Positions 9,071-18,569 of a stretch of 50,740 bases of DNA are shown here, piece by piece. Origin of the DNA: Candidatus Altiarchaeales archaeon ex4484_2 (lineage in GTDB: Archaea > Altiarchaeota > Altiarchaeia > IMC4 > QMZM01). The stretch's first letter is position 1, and each line of letters begins with the position of its first letter. The notes under the pieces were generated by a model. The model searched no databases, was not told the DNA's origin, and saw only the letters and a program-made list of their open reading frames with translations. The stretch is taken from positions 1 to 50,740 of the forward strand of contig NJEG01000030.1 of assembly GCA_002254565.1 (NCBI GenBank). The letters run 5' to 3'. The translations under genes were made by a program, and so were the position numbers.

Positions 9071-9688
9071 GTGTTTTATACAGCCGATGCCATAATCTTA
9101 ATGGATGAGATGGTACTGGAGAACGCCGCCGAAAAAGAAAACAAGAGAAATATTTTGTATATAATCGGTTTTGTTGTTGCAGTAATATTTCTCTACCTCA
9201 GCATAACCAACCTAGATCACATGAAACCCGGGATTGAGTACAGGTATGTCTGTCCCGACGGGAGCATTGTAGGGAAGGCATCATCCTGCATTCTACCTGA
9301 ACCGGAGGTCATCATCAAGGAAATAAACAGGCCATGTAATGAATCCATAGTGTATGTGGAAAACTACACCCTGACCATATATGTCTGCGAGAACGGGAGT
9401 GTTGTGAGCAACATAAGTGAGTGCGTTACCACAACATCTACTACATCAACCACCACCACAACCCTTGAATTCAACTCCGACTGCGTGAAGCTAGGCTGTC
9501 CCAGAGGCACGGAATACGTTGGCAGCAAAAAGAGGAGAGAATACTATGGCTGCAAATGTTACATATCAAGGTATATGATAAACGAGACCGACCGGTTGTG
9601 TTTTGAATCAATACAGGCCGCGGAAAGCTTCGTCTATGACGGGAACAAGACCCTGGAGCCGTGTAAGATATGTCTTGAGGACGTCTAG
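9071..9688 (+). CDS. Membrane-anchored Cys-rich, Thr-linker extracellular protein (start uncertain)
   Basis: N-terminal TM, two YVCxxGS.V....C repeats, a poly-Thr tract and a C-terminal YVGS....YY.C.C...CF.S...A...PC..C module. Confidence 0.65.
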   Translation: MFYTADAIILMDEMVLENAAEKENKRNILYIIGFVVAVIFLYLSITNLDHMKPGIEYRYVCPDGSIVGKASSCILPEPEVIIKEINRPCNESIVYVENYTLTIYVCENGSVVSNISECVTTTSTTSTTTTTLEFNSDCVKLGCPRGTEYVGSKKRREYYGCKCYISRYMINETDRLCFESIQAAESFVYDGNKTLEPCKICLEDV

Positions 9689-9717
9689 AAACCAAACCGG
9701 ATTTCAGCATATTCCAT

Positions 9718-10590
9718 ATGATTAACATGCTCGATCAGGAAACAAGAAAAACCGTTCTGAAGGCACAGGGAAACGAAATCACGGAATACCACATCTACAG
9801 GAAACTCGCCTCCTGCCTGAAGGAAGAAGGAAACAAAAAAATCCTGGAAAAAATAGCGGATGATGAGCTGAGGCACTACAACTTCTGGAAGAAATACACT
9901 AAGAGGGATGTGAAACCCGACAAGCTGAAGATAGGGTGGTATTACCTTATCTCCCGGATTCTGGGTCTGACCTTCGGCGTGAAATTGATGGAGAAAGGTG
10001 AGGAGCAAGCCCAGGTAGTATACGAGAGGATATCCAGTATCATCCCGGAAGCAAAAAAAATCGTTGAAGACGAGGACATGCACGAGATAGAGCTTATAAA
10101 TATGATAGACGAGGAGAAACTAAAGTACGTTGGCTCCATAGTCTTGGGGCTTAATGACGCGCTGGTGGAGCTCACCGGGGCGTTAGCCGGCTTCACCTTT
10201 GCTTTACAGAAAACAGAGTTGATAGCGATGGCCGGGCTGGTTACAGGGATAGCAGCTTCCCTGTCCATGGCCGCATCCGAGTATCTCTCCACCAAAACCG
10301 AGGAAAGCGGAAAGGAGGAACTGAAGGCCTCCATGTATACCGGATTCGCTTACCTGGCAACGGTTGTTTTCCTGATATACCCGTATTTCATATTCAACAA
10401 CGTCTATCTATCCCTGGGAAACACCTTATTTAATGCTGTTATAGTGATCGCCCTCTTCAACTACTATATATCAATAGCAAAAGACATCCCATTCAGGAGA
10501 CGCTTTCTGGAGATGGCCTCCATAAGCCTGGGTGTTGCTGCCCTGACCTTCGTGGTGGGCTTTATTGTGAGACTATCTTTTGGAGTATAA
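9718..10590 (+). CDS. Rubrerythrin/ferritin-like plus VIT1/CCC1 iron transporter (MbfA-like)
   Basis: E..E..IY, DELRH and EDEDMHE di-iron ligands; VLGLNDALVE and SLSMAASEYLS VIT1 motifs. Confidence 0.9.
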   Translation: MINMLDQETRKTVLKAQGNEITEYHIYRKLASCLKEEGNKKILEKIADDELRHYNFWKKYTKRDVKPDKLKIGWYYLISRILGLTFGVKLMEKGEEQAQVVYERISSIIPEAKKIVEDEDMHEIELINMIDEEKLKYVGSIVLGLNDALVELTGALAGFTFALQKTELIAMAGLVTGIAASLSMAASEYLSTKTEESGKEELKASMYTGFAYLATVVFLIYPYFIFNNVYLSLGNTLFNAVIVIALFNYYISIAKDIPFRRRFLEMASISLGVAALTFVVGFIVRLSFGV

Positions 10591-10751
10591 GATTGAAGGA
10601 TCCATAAATCCACTTCATTAATTAATTTCCCCGCTGAATCCATGAACTAGATATAGTAGGCGACCATGAAAGGGTGGTAGGATATATCATCCTTTGAGGA
10701 GATAGGAAATGAGTTGTTTCTTATTGCATTCCTTCAAATATATTAGATAGG

Positions 10752-12065
10752 ATGGATGAATTGTTTTTTTCTTTCCAGGATTCCTTGATTCCGGATGAAG
10801 AAATTGATGAGTTGGGTGTAAAAATTGGTGGTGAAATCCAGTCCATGAAAGATGCTGCATCCATGGGCTACAGTGATGACAGAGCCTCCATTAACCTGCC
10901 CTTCGACAATAAAGCAGTGGATAGGGTGAAGGAGGTTGTGGAGGATAAGAAGGAACTCAACCCCAGCTACCTTGTTGTTGTAGGCATTGGCGGCAGCATC
11001 CGGGGTACAAAAGCCGTGCAGGAGGCGGTTTCAGGTAAACTCCGAAACCAGCGTGATTCCGGAATGAAGGTGTTGTATGCTTGTAACCCCGACCCCTACA
11101 TTATCAGAGATATCAAAGGGATTATGGAATCCATCCTAGAAAAGAAAGATAATGTTGTCTTGAACGTGGTCAGCAAATCAGGCACCACCACGGAGACGAT
11201 GGCTAACTTCCAGTTGCTGGTTGATTTATTGAAGGAACATAGACAGGATTATAGGAGATACGTGGTTGCCACCACAGAAAGAGATAGCGGGCTGTGGAAT
11301 CTGGCTTCAAAGGAGGGTTTTGATCTGCTGGAGATTCCCGGGAAAGTAGGAGGTAGATACTCAGTCTATTCCCCAGTGGGGTTGTTCCCTCTTGCTATGT
11401 TGGGTGTTGACATAGATGAACTACTTAAGGGTGCGAGGATTATGAGGGATAGATGCCTCAAAAGCGAAATCAGGGATAATCCAGCGGTTTTTGGTTCCAT
11501 AGTAACATACCTACACCACAGGGGAGGTAACAGCATCTATAACCTGTTTCTTTACTCTGAGGATTTTGAGTCAATTGGTGGATGGTATAGGCAGTTGATG
11601 GCTGAAAGCCTGGGCAAGGAATACAACAACAGTGGAGAGAGAGTTTTTGAGGGATTAACACCCTTAACATGCATCGGTTCCAGGGATCTGCACTCTATGG
11701 CCCAGCTTTTATTGGGTGGGCCCTACGATAAACTCACATCCTTCATCAAGGTTGAGGGGGAGGACTCAATGGTCAGCGTCCCAGTAAACCCCAGATATTC
11801 ATGTCTCGTTGACGGCATACAGGGTAAATCCCTGGGCTTTATAATAGATGCCATCTATGAGGGGGTTAAGGTTTCGTTCAGGAACAATAAGAGACCCTTC
11901 ACAGAAGTGGTTTTACCTGACAGGAGAGAGGCTTCTATTGGAGAGTTCCTCCAGTACAAGATGATGGAGACCATGTATCTGGGTTCACTCTTGGATGTTA
12001 ACCCCTTCAACCAGCCGAACGTGGAATCATACAAGAAGGAGACTAGGAGGATACTCGGCGACTGA
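10752..12065 (+). CDS. pgi: Glucose-6-phosphate isomerase (PGI superfamily)
   Basis: GIGGS, SKSGTTTET, VGGRYSV, QLMAESLGK, DLHS and NPFNQPNVE.YK. Confidence 0.92.
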   Translation: MDELFFSFQDSLIPDEEIDELGVKIGGEIQSMKDAASMGYSDDRASINLPFDNKAVDRVKEVVEDKKELNPSYLVVVGIGGSIRGTKAVQEAVSGKLRNQRDSGMKVLYACNPDPYIIRDIKGIMESILEKKDNVVLNVVSKSGTTTETMANFQLLVDLLKEHRQDYRRYVVATTERDSGLWNLASKEGFDLLEIPGKVGGRYSVYSPVGLFPLAMLGVDIDELLKGARIMRDRCLKSEIRDNPAVFGSIVTYLHHRGGNSIYNLFLYSEDFESIGGWYRQLMAESLGKEYNNSGERVFEGLTPLTCIGSRDLHSMAQLLLGGPYDKLTSFIKVEGEDSMVSVPVNPRYSCLVDGIQGKSLGFIIDAIYEGVKVSFRNNKRPFTEVVLPDRREASIGEFLQYKMMETMYLGSLLDVNPFNQPNVESYKKETRRILGD

Positions 12066-12145
12066 TGCTTCCGCCCATTTACAGTATATAGACTCTATAT
12101 TTTATATAACCCGCTTTTATAAGTCAGAATAAATAATTTTGTTAC

Positions 12146-12358
12146 ATGGATCATTCTGAGACAAACAGGAAGGCTCATGAAACAAATATTAGGAGATTGA
12201 TTGATGAGTTCGGTGAGAGTAGGGGGGATAGGATTCGGCGGGTCTACGAAAACGCTAAAGAGGCTGCTGAGGTTAAGGCCAGGGTAGGTGACTTCACCCC
12301 CATATTTATCTACAGGGAAGTTAGGAGCATGCTTAAGTCCATGGGTACCTGGAGATGA
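12146..12358 (+). CDS. Small three-helix-bundle (DUF3562-like) protein
   Basis: 70 aa with an ARV.DF.PIF..REVR..L pattern and an AT-rich promoter-like upstream region. Confidence 0.6.
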   Translation: MDHSETNRKAHETNIRRLIDEFGESRGDRIRRVYENAKEAAEVKARVGDFTPIFIYREVRSMLKSMGTWR

Positions 12359-12370
12359 ACCCTGTTTCTC

Positions 12371-12730
12371 TTATTCACTCATTGCGTCGATTTGGTTTCC
12401 TATCTTGTTGCAGAACTGGTCCAGCTCTTCGCGGAGTTTCTGTTTGATGTTTGAGGGAGGTATGGCAGTGTATCTGAACTTTCTGCCCTTTTTGAGTGAA
12501 ATGGCTCGGCGGGATATAAGCCCTGTAGATATGAGTTTCTTAACTATCCTCTGGGCTGTGGAGCGGTCCCGATCCAGCTCCTCGGCTATCTCCAAAATCC
12601 CCAACTCCTTTTCTGTGAGGAGGTGGAAGGTCTCCGCTTCCATGTCTGAGAGGCCAAGGACGCAAGATAATACATCATTTCTGCAAAAATCTTCCATCTG
12701 GGAGAAGGACCTGACCTCGCTTATTTTCAT
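12371..12730 (-). CDS. TrmB-family single-domain regulator (OxsR-like, N-terminal Cys)
   Basis: DVLSCVLGLS..E, EIAEELDRDRSTAQR.V.KL...GLI.R HTH; divergent from the thioredoxin operon. Confidence 0.8.
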   Translation of the reverse strand: MKISEVRSFSQMEDFCRNDVLSCVLGLSDMEAETFHLLTEKELGILEIAEELDRDRSTAQRIVKKLISTGLISRRAISLKKGRKFRYTAIPPSNIKQKLREELDQFCNKIGNQIDAMSE

Positions 12731-12748
12731 CTTACATTATTATTTTTT

Positions 12749-12854
12749 TGTTCAGCCATAATAAATGAATGTGTTTTTTGTTGAACACTTTCGCAGTTGT
12801 ATTTAAGGGTTGAATCCAAAATGAACAGGATATAAAGTGCGTGTTTATTGAACA
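12749..12854. promoter_or_regulatory. Repeated TGAACA/TGTTCA motifs, candidate operator sites
   Basis: TGTTCA at 12749; TGAACA at 12782, 12822 and 12849; near-palindrome TGTTTATTGAACA at 12842-12854. Confidence 0.45.
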
Positions 12855-12884
12855 AAAACCCACAAACAAATATGAGATGTAAAA

Positions 12885-13232
12885 ATGACTGGTAAAGAAT
12901 CAATAATAGATGTGAGGGACGTAGACTTCCAGGAGAGAGTAATAAATAGATCCAGGGAAAAGCCTGTTGTCGTGGACTTCTGGGCTCCATGGTGTCAACC
13001 CTGCCTGATGCTCTCGCCAATGCTGGAGAGCCTGGCGCATGAAAACAACGGAGAATTCGTTCTGGCTAAAGTCAACGTGGATGAAGCAAGGATAACAGCA
13101 CAGATTTATGGTATTAGAAGCATACCCTCGGTTAAGATATTCAGAGAGGGGGAAGTTAGAAGCGAATTCGTAGGCGTTATGCCCAAAGATAGGGTGGAGG
13201 AGATTTTGAGGAAGGGAATGGGTGCGCAATGA
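12885..13232 (+). CDS. trxA: Thioredoxin
   Basis: VVVDFWAPWCQPC, AKVNVDE and YGIRSIP. Confidence 0.95.
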   Translation: MTGKESIIDVRDVDFQERVINRSREKPVVVDFWAPWCQPCLMLSPMLESLAHENNGEFVLAKVNVDEARITAQIYGIRSIPSVKIFREGEVRSEFVGVMPKDRVEEILRKGMGAQ

Positions 13233-13262
13233 GAATAGATAAGATAACAAGAGGAGAACAGA

Positions 13263-13538
13263 ATGAGTGAAGACAAGGAAGAAATCGAGGGGTTGGTCAA
13301 GGAAGCCGAAAGATACGCCCGGGAGAATGGGTTTCGTTTGAACCCAGACGAGAAGGTTGTCAAGGGTCTTGTAAGGGGACTGCTCCACAACGAGAGCGTA
13401 TACGGTGAGAGATACTGCCCCTGCAGGCGGGTTACAGGCGATAAAGAAGAGGACAAGAAAATAATCTGCCCCTGCGTTTATCATAAGAGTGAAATAGAGG
13501 AGCAGGGATACTGTCATTGTCGATTATTTGTTAAATGA
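13263..13538 (+). CDS. Ferredoxin:thioredoxin reductase catalytic subunit
   Basis: YCPCR, ICPC and CHC.LF motifs. Confidence 0.93.
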   Translation: MSEDKEEIEGLVKEAERYARENGFRLNPDEKVVKGLVRGLLHNESVYGERYCPCRRVTGDKEEDKKIICPCVYHKSEIEEQGYCHCRLFVK

Positions 13539-13558
13539 AATAAAGGAGGTGATTGATG

Positions 13559-13732
13559 ATGGGTGTTGAGATAGATAAAGAAAAATGTATGGGATGCGGA
13601 GCCTGCTGGAGTGTCTGCCCTGAAGGCTTTGAGCCAGACGACGACGGCAAGGTCTCAGTCAAGAACGAAAACGCCGACTGCATAGATTCTGCAGCAGCAT
13701 CCTGTCCAGTGAATGCGATAAGCGTGGACTAG
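13559..13732 (+). CDS. Monocluster ferredoxin (not in ORF track)
   Basis: Hand translation MGVEIDKEKCMGCGACWSVCPEGF...DCIDSAAASCPVNAISVD*. Strong RBS GGAGGTGA at 13545; alternative ATG at 13556. Confidence 0.93.
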   Translation: MGVEIDKEKCMGCGACWSVCPEGFEPDDDGKVSVKNENADCIDSAAASCPVNAISVD

Positions 13733-13942
13733 ATAAAGGTTTAGCAGGGTAAGAGAACACCACCAACCTTTAGCTTATCGGGTGAGGGGATATCGTGAAC
13801 AGCCCCCAACGTAAAGTCACATGAAAGAGGGTTATGCGAATGCTGTGGTGGTATTCATAACATCCCTGTGATCCATAGGAACCCTATGTGGACCTTTTTT
13901 TAAAGGGGTTGTTTGGGTGCTGGAATGTAATGGGGGCTAAGA

Positions 13943-14887
13943 TTGAATAATGTTGTGTTAGTTTATAGTGCTGATTTCATGAAACTGGATTTCGGCTATG
14001 GACACCCTATGAGAGGAAATAGGTATGATAAGGCCTTGGATGAATTCAGGGAGATGGGTTTATTGGATGACTTAACCATCGAAAAACCCAGGTTAATCTC
14101 AGAGGATGTTATCAGGTTATACCACACCCCAGAGTACATACAGAGGGTTAAGGAGGTGAGTGAAACAGGTGAGAGTGTTTTTGGCGAGGAGGTTCCCCAG
14201 ATTAAAGGCATCTATGATATCATCTTATTAAGTGTTAGTGCTTCCATCACAGCAGCAGATTATATCGTGGGAGAGGGCCTATTTGATGTGGCCGTAAACA
14301 TTTGCGGGGGCTGGCATCATGCCTTCGAGAATAAATGCAGGGGTTTTTGTATATTCAATGATGTGGCCATCACAGCCAACTATCTAATGAAAAGAAAAAA
14401 CATAGATAAGGTTATGGTAATCGATTATGATGCTCATCATGGTGACGGCACCCAACGAGCCTTTTATAGGAATCCATGGGTTTATACTATCTCATTTCAC
14501 CAAGATCCATCCACACTCTACCCGTTTAGAAGCGGGTATGAAGACGAGATAGGAGAGGGAGAAGGGAAGGGCTTTAACAGGAATTACCCGTTATCTCCCC
14601 TGTGTGATGATGATGAGTTTATTTCAAAATTTAATGAGATACCTGAGTTAATTGAGGAATTTAAACCTGAGGTTTTAATACTGCAAATGGGGGTGGATGG
14701 TTCAAGACAGTGCTCTATCTCCAGCATGCGATTAACCAAAAAAGCCTACGATTATGTTTCAGGGCTATTTATGCGGTTGCAGAAGAAACACGGATTCAAG
14801 ACTCTGGCCCTGGGCGGCGGCGGTTTTGTTCACCCGATGTTAGGCCAACATTGGGGGGTTCAACTACAGAATTTCATAGATAAATAG
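13943..14887 (+). CDS. Histone deacetylase/AcuC family protein
   Basis: GHPM...R, GGWHHA, GFCIFND, DYDAHHGDGTQ, ISFHQ, G.G.G.G.N.N.PL and GVDG. Confidence 0.92.
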   Translation: MNNVVLVYSADFMKLDFGYGHPMRGNRYDKALDEFREMGLLDDLTIEKPRLISEDVIRLYHTPEYIQRVKEVSETGESVFGEEVPQIKGIYDIILLSVSASITAADYIVGEGLFDVAVNICGGWHHAFENKCRGFCIFNDVAITANYLMKRKNIDKVMVIDYDAHHGDGTQRAFYRNPWVYTISFHQDPSTLYPFRSGYEDEIGEGEGKGFNRNYPLSPLCDDDEFISKFNEIPELIEEFKPEVLILQMGVDGSRQCSISSMRLTKKAYDYVSGLFMRLQKKHGFKTLALGGGGFVHPMLGQHWGVQLQNFIDK

Positions 14888-14943
14888 AAGGTGGAAGGGA
14901 GGTGCAAGCACAGGATAAGATAATATTGTATCCTGCGCGTTAG

Positions 14944-15255
14944 ATGATGGAATATAGAATAAACAAACAGAAATGTACTGGATGCCAGGCGTGCGCCAGA
15001 AGATGCCCGCAAGCAATTAAAGTAGCAGGAGATGGTAAAGCAGAGATAATCTCCCAGCTAAAACTTGAGCAATGTGGGGGGGAAACAATATGTCCCTTCA
15101 ATGCTATAGAGGGAATAGGAGCAGGAGATACACAAGAGGGGAACATAGATACCAGCCGAGGAGGGGGTGCCGGCAGAGGAAGGGGTAGGGGCTTGGGCAT
15201 CGGACCAAGGGAGGGTAGGGGTAGAGGCCGGGGCGGTGGCGGTAGAAGGAGATGA
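14944..15255 (+). CDS. Ferredoxin-like 4Fe-4S protein with Gly/Arg-rich tail
   Basis: CTGCQACARRCP and CGGETICP followed by GRGRGRG repeats. Confidence 0.85.
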   Translation: MMEYRINKQKCTGCQACARRCPQAIKVAGDGKAEIISQLKLEQCGGETICPFNAIEGIGAGDTQEGNIDTSRGGGAGRGRGRGLGIGPREGRGRGRGGGGRRR

Positions 15256-15384
15256 AATAAGAAACGCTCCCGACTGAGTTGTGAGGTCGGAGTCAGCCGA
15301 CAACCAGGGTGTGTTCCACCCCCGTGGGACGCAAACACACAGGCGAAGCTAGTTGTTTTTTTTCTTTTGGTAGGCTGAAAGGAA

Positions 15385-15401
15385 ATGCCCCCGCCAGGAT
15401 T
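15385..15401 (-). repeat. Degenerate copy of tRNA-Glu 3' end (candidate att site)
   Basis: ATGCCCCCGCCAGGATT versus ATGCTCCCGCCGGGATT at 21742-21758: 15/17 identical, same orientation. Confidence 0.5.
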
Positions 15402-15571
15402 ATGCTAGAAAACTCTGAATCTAATCTGGAACTATTAAACTGAGAACGCTTGATTGTATTATCTCTTTTGCTATACCAAACTCTTATAATCTCTCCCCCG
15501 TATTTGAACAGGCGGAAACCAGGTATACGATGAAAACAGAACGTTGACGCCATGTACACTCTGCCCAGACA

Positions 15572-17953
15572 TCAGCTGAAGCCAAGCAGTAAGCCTCCCT
15601 GGTAAACAATAAATGCTGCGACCCATGCAACAACCGTTGTATAGACCACGGTAAACAACGCCCACCTCCAACCGATCTCTCTCTTTATTGTTGCGACCAC
15701 GACCATGCATGGCACATAAAGTAACACGAAAACAAGGAATGCATAAGCACTGAGGGGTGTGAACGTGCCCTGCAACGCCCCGACCAGAGTCGCCTCACCT
15801 GAGGGGGTCTCAACATCCCCGGAGCCATATAAAACACCCATCGAGCCGACAACAACCTCCTTGGCTACGAAACCAAAAAATAATGAGACGCTACTCCTCC
15901 AATCCCCAAAACCCAGCGGGGCAAAAACCGGCGAAATAAACTTCCCGACATCCCCGATATAACTTCCCTCAGAACCGTATTCAACCCCAGGGGGTAGAGC
16001 AGCAAGGAACCATATAAATATAACCACCGCAAATATCAAGGTTCCTGCCTTTCTTATGAACAGCCATCCGCGCTCCCAGGTATGGGTGAGTACACCCCTA
16101 AGCGTAGGCATCCTATAGGGTGGGAGCTCCATCACGAAAGGGGATGAAAGCCCCTTAAACAAGGTATTCTTAAATATGAACCCGATAACGATTGCAACAC
16201 CCATTCCAAGGAGGTACAGGGAGTAGATTACGGCTGTTTCAGTACTCACTGTGAACCCGAAAACACTAATTGATCCGGTAAAGAACGCTGCCGCGAAAAG
16301 CAGGTACACAGGAAGTCGGGCTCCACACGACATGAAAGGATTGATTAATATAGTCAATATCCGATCCTTCCTGCTCTCAAGCACACGGGTTGCCATAATA
16401 GCGGGCACATTACAGCCGAATCCAAGTATTAAAGGGATAAAGCTCTTACCGTGCAAGCCTATCTTATGCATAAACCGGTCCATGACAAACGCTGCCCTGG
16501 CCATATACCCGCTGTCTTCAAGTATTGCAATGACTAGGAACATCATGAATATAAACGGTACAAACACCAGAACAGAACCAACGCCTGCAACAGCACCGTC
16601 AAGCGCCAGAGACAGAAGCCATCCGGGCGCGTTTACAGAGAACAGAAGTCCCTCCACAAAGCCCCCTACAACATCCGAAATAAACCAGTCAACCACATCA
16701 GATAATGGAGCCGCCACCTCAAACGTTAAATTAAATGCAATCAACATAAGCAGAAGAAATAGGGGTATCCCAATCACCCTGTTCATCGCCACCCGGTCTA
16801 TATGATCCGACAGTGAATCAGCTCCCCCGATAACCCCGCCACCCTCAAGTGCTGCGTAAATGATAAAGAAAAGAACCATAAAAGGTAGATAGACTGTTAT
16901 TGCACCAAGACCCGCAAGTATTGTGTCTGCGAGTATCAGCGTCAACCACTCGGGGGAATTAACGGACTCAAGGAATCCATAGGCTGACTCCATAATCAGT
17001 CCGCCCGCGAAAAGAAATGCGAGACCAAGGATTGATCCAACCGCAAGGCTTATACCCCAAAACGGTTTTGAAACAGCTTTTCTAACGTGATCAGAGAAGG
17101 ATTTCTCTCTCCTCTTCCTCTCAACGCTCTCCATGACTATCCCGTGAATGAAACCGTATCTGGCGTCAGCAACTATTGTTTCAACATCCTCCCCGAAGAT
17201 AGCCTTCAGGTGATTCTGCAGTCTCCTGGATTCTTTTAAAACAATCCTGCTGTTATCCAGTTCCTTCACGAGCTTAATAATCTCCTCATCGCCTTCAAGT
17301 AGTTTAATAGCAACCCACCGGGGATTATATTTTTCCGGGATTTCTATGTTTCCGGTTATGTATTCCGTGAATTCCTCAAGGTGCTCTTCAACCTCTTTCC
17401 CATAGTTTATGGTTGGCCTCCCCGATCTTCCCTCATCCCGTTCATATCCATTCCCGGACTCAAGAACATCGATTACAGCATCCTTTAGTTCATCAAGACC
17501 TGAGCCGTCCCGGGCAGAGGTTTTTATTATCGGAACGTTCAGGTACCTGGATATCAAGTCAGTGTTTATCTCTAGACCCTCACTGTCCGCAAGGTCGGAC
17601 ATGTTAAATGCGAGCACCATATTTGCCCCCATCTCTATCAACTGTATTGCAAGATACAGGTTTCTCTCAAGATTTGTGCTGTCCAATATATCAACAACAA
17701 CATCAGGTTTTTCGTTAACTACATAATTCCGTGATATGAGCTCCTCAATAGAGTATGCGGTAAGCGAATAGGTCCCGGGCAGGTCAACGACCTCTAGTTC
17801 ATAGCCCTTGTGGGTGGACTTCCCCTCCTTCTTTTCAACTGTTTTCCCGGGCCAGTTACCGACATGCTGTCTTGAGCCTGTTAATGCATTGAATATTGTT
17901 GTCTTCCCTGAGTTCGGGTTCCCTATCAACGCTATTGTTGTCTTCTCCGCCAT
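15572..17953 (-). CDS. feoB: Ferrous iron transporter B (with internal duplication)
   Basis: [50 protein letters not shown] and YVPC. Confidence 0.97.
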   Translation of the reverse strand: MAEKTTIALIGNPNSGKTTIFNALTGSRQHVGNWPGKTVEKKEGKSTHKGYELEVVDLPGTYSLTAYSIEELISRNYVVNEKPDVVVDILDSTNLERNLYLAIQLIEMGANMVLAFNMSDLADSEGLEINTDLISRYLNVPIIKTSARDGSGLDELKDAVIDVLESGNGYERDEGRSGRPTINYGKEVEEHLEEFTEYITGNIEIPEKYNPRWVAIKLLEGDEEIIKLVKELDNSRIVLKESRRLQNHLKAIFGEDVETIVADARYGFIHGIVMESVERKRREKSFSDHVRKAVSKPFWGISLAVGSILGLAFLFAGGLIMESAYGFLESVNSPEWLTLILADTILAGLGAITVYLPFMVLFFIIYAALEGGGVIGGADSLSDHIDRVAMNRVIGIPLFLLLMLIAFNLTFEVAAPLSDVVDWFISDVVGGFVEGLLFSVNAPGWLLSLALDGAVAGVGSVLVFVPFIFMMFLVIAILEDSGYMARAAFVMDRFMHKIGLHGKSFIPLILGFGCNVPAIMATRVLESRKDRILTILINPFMSCGARLPVYLLFAAAFFTGSISVFGFTVSTETAVIYSLYLLGMGVAIVIGFIFKNTLFKGLSSPFVMELPPYRMPTLRGVLTHTWERGWLFIRKAGTLIFAVVIFIWFLAALPPGVEYGSEGSYIGDVGKFISPVFAPLGFGDWRSSVSLFFGFVAKEVVVGSMGVLYGSGDVETPSGEATLVGALQGTFTPLSAYAFLVFVLLYVPCMVVVATIKREIGWRWALFTVVYTTVVAWVAAFIVYQGGLLLGFS

Positions 17954-17959
17954 TTTTTG

Positions 17960-18226
17960 TCATATAGGATTAACCATTATCTTATTAGCCTGCCCCCGAC
18001 CTACCACGACTCTTGAATCAAGGACCTTCAATATTACCGGTCCTGTGGCATCGTTTCTTATTACCTCAACTACCGCACCTTCATAGAGGGATATATCACC
18101 TAGCCTGTGCCTTAGACCCTGCCCACACAATATTGAGGTAATCCTTACCTTCCTCCCTTTTTCAACCATCGTTAGTGGGAGACTGCCCCCGCCTGAACCT
18201 CTTCGGTGCGATCCTCTTTGGCGCAT
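17960..18226 (-). CDS. feoA: FeoA family protein
   Basis: LPLT, RL.D..L..G..VEV and GP......SR...GRG.A.KI.V. Start chosen at ATG 18226. Confidence 0.88.
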   Translation of the reverse strand: MRQRGSHRRGSGGGSLPLTMVEKGRKVRITSILCGQGLRHRLGDISLYEGAVVEVIRNDATGPVILKVLDSRVVVGRGQANKIMVNPI

Positions 18227-18236
18227 CTTTTTTTGT

Positions 18237-18470
18237 TTATACTTCAACTAGGATGTTGGATGCCTCCTCTTTTCTGAGTGATAGGTGGTATCCCTTTATT
18301 CTTACATCTATTGGGTCGCCGAGGGGGGCGACCCGTTCAACATCTATGGAGGAACCCTTCACCAGACCCATGTCCAGCAGTCTTCTGTGTGTTGCTCCGG
18401 AGCCTTTTATTTTGACGATTATTCCCTTCTGTTTAGGTTTCAGTTCATCAAGTGATTTTACGGTCACCAT
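18237..18470 (-). CDS. feoA: FeoA family protein
   Basis: RRLLDMGL..G, APLGDPI and LSLRKEEA. Confidence 0.95.
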   Translation of the reverse strand: MVTVKSLDELKPKQKGIIVKIKGSGATHRRLLDMGLVKGSSIDVERVAPLGDPIDVRIKGYHLSLRKEEASNILVEV

Positions 18471-18492
18471 TTTTTTATCTGATTATAATTTT

Positions 18493-18532
18493 TTTGGTTC
18501 ACCTAAAATACTATGTCTTTAGGTGTATAAGA
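18493..18532. promoter_or_regulatory. DtxR-type operator(s) upstream of feoA
   Basis: Minus-strand TTAGGTGAACCAAA (18493-18506), plus a TTAGGTG half-site at 18519. Confidence 0.6.
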
Positions 18533-18569
18533 ATCCCGCCTAAAAAAGATTAGGGTAGCGGATAAAAAC

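Noticed and set aside
12900-13517. Long antisense ORFs (e.g. 12900-13517, 16251-16805, 26595-27101, 41586-42131)
   Set aside because: They are shadows of well-supported genes on the opposite strand and show no family motifs.
12885-15255. Selenocysteine UGA read-through in redox genes
   Set aside because: All expected Cys motifs are encoded by Cys codons, and no in-frame UGA interrupts a recognisable domain.
15309-15340. CRISPR repeat-like palindrome
   Set aside because: Single copy, with no spacer periodicity and no cas genes.
15305-15345. c-di-GMP-I riboswitch (GTGGGACGCAAA match)
   Set aside because: The upstream GGCAAAC and GNRA tetraloop are absent, and the site is not 5' of a co-oriented gene.
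15293-15559. 88-aa ORF downstream of feoB (possible FeoC)
   Set aside because: No wHTH or Cys motif of FeoC, and it crosses the candidate att site and hairpin region.
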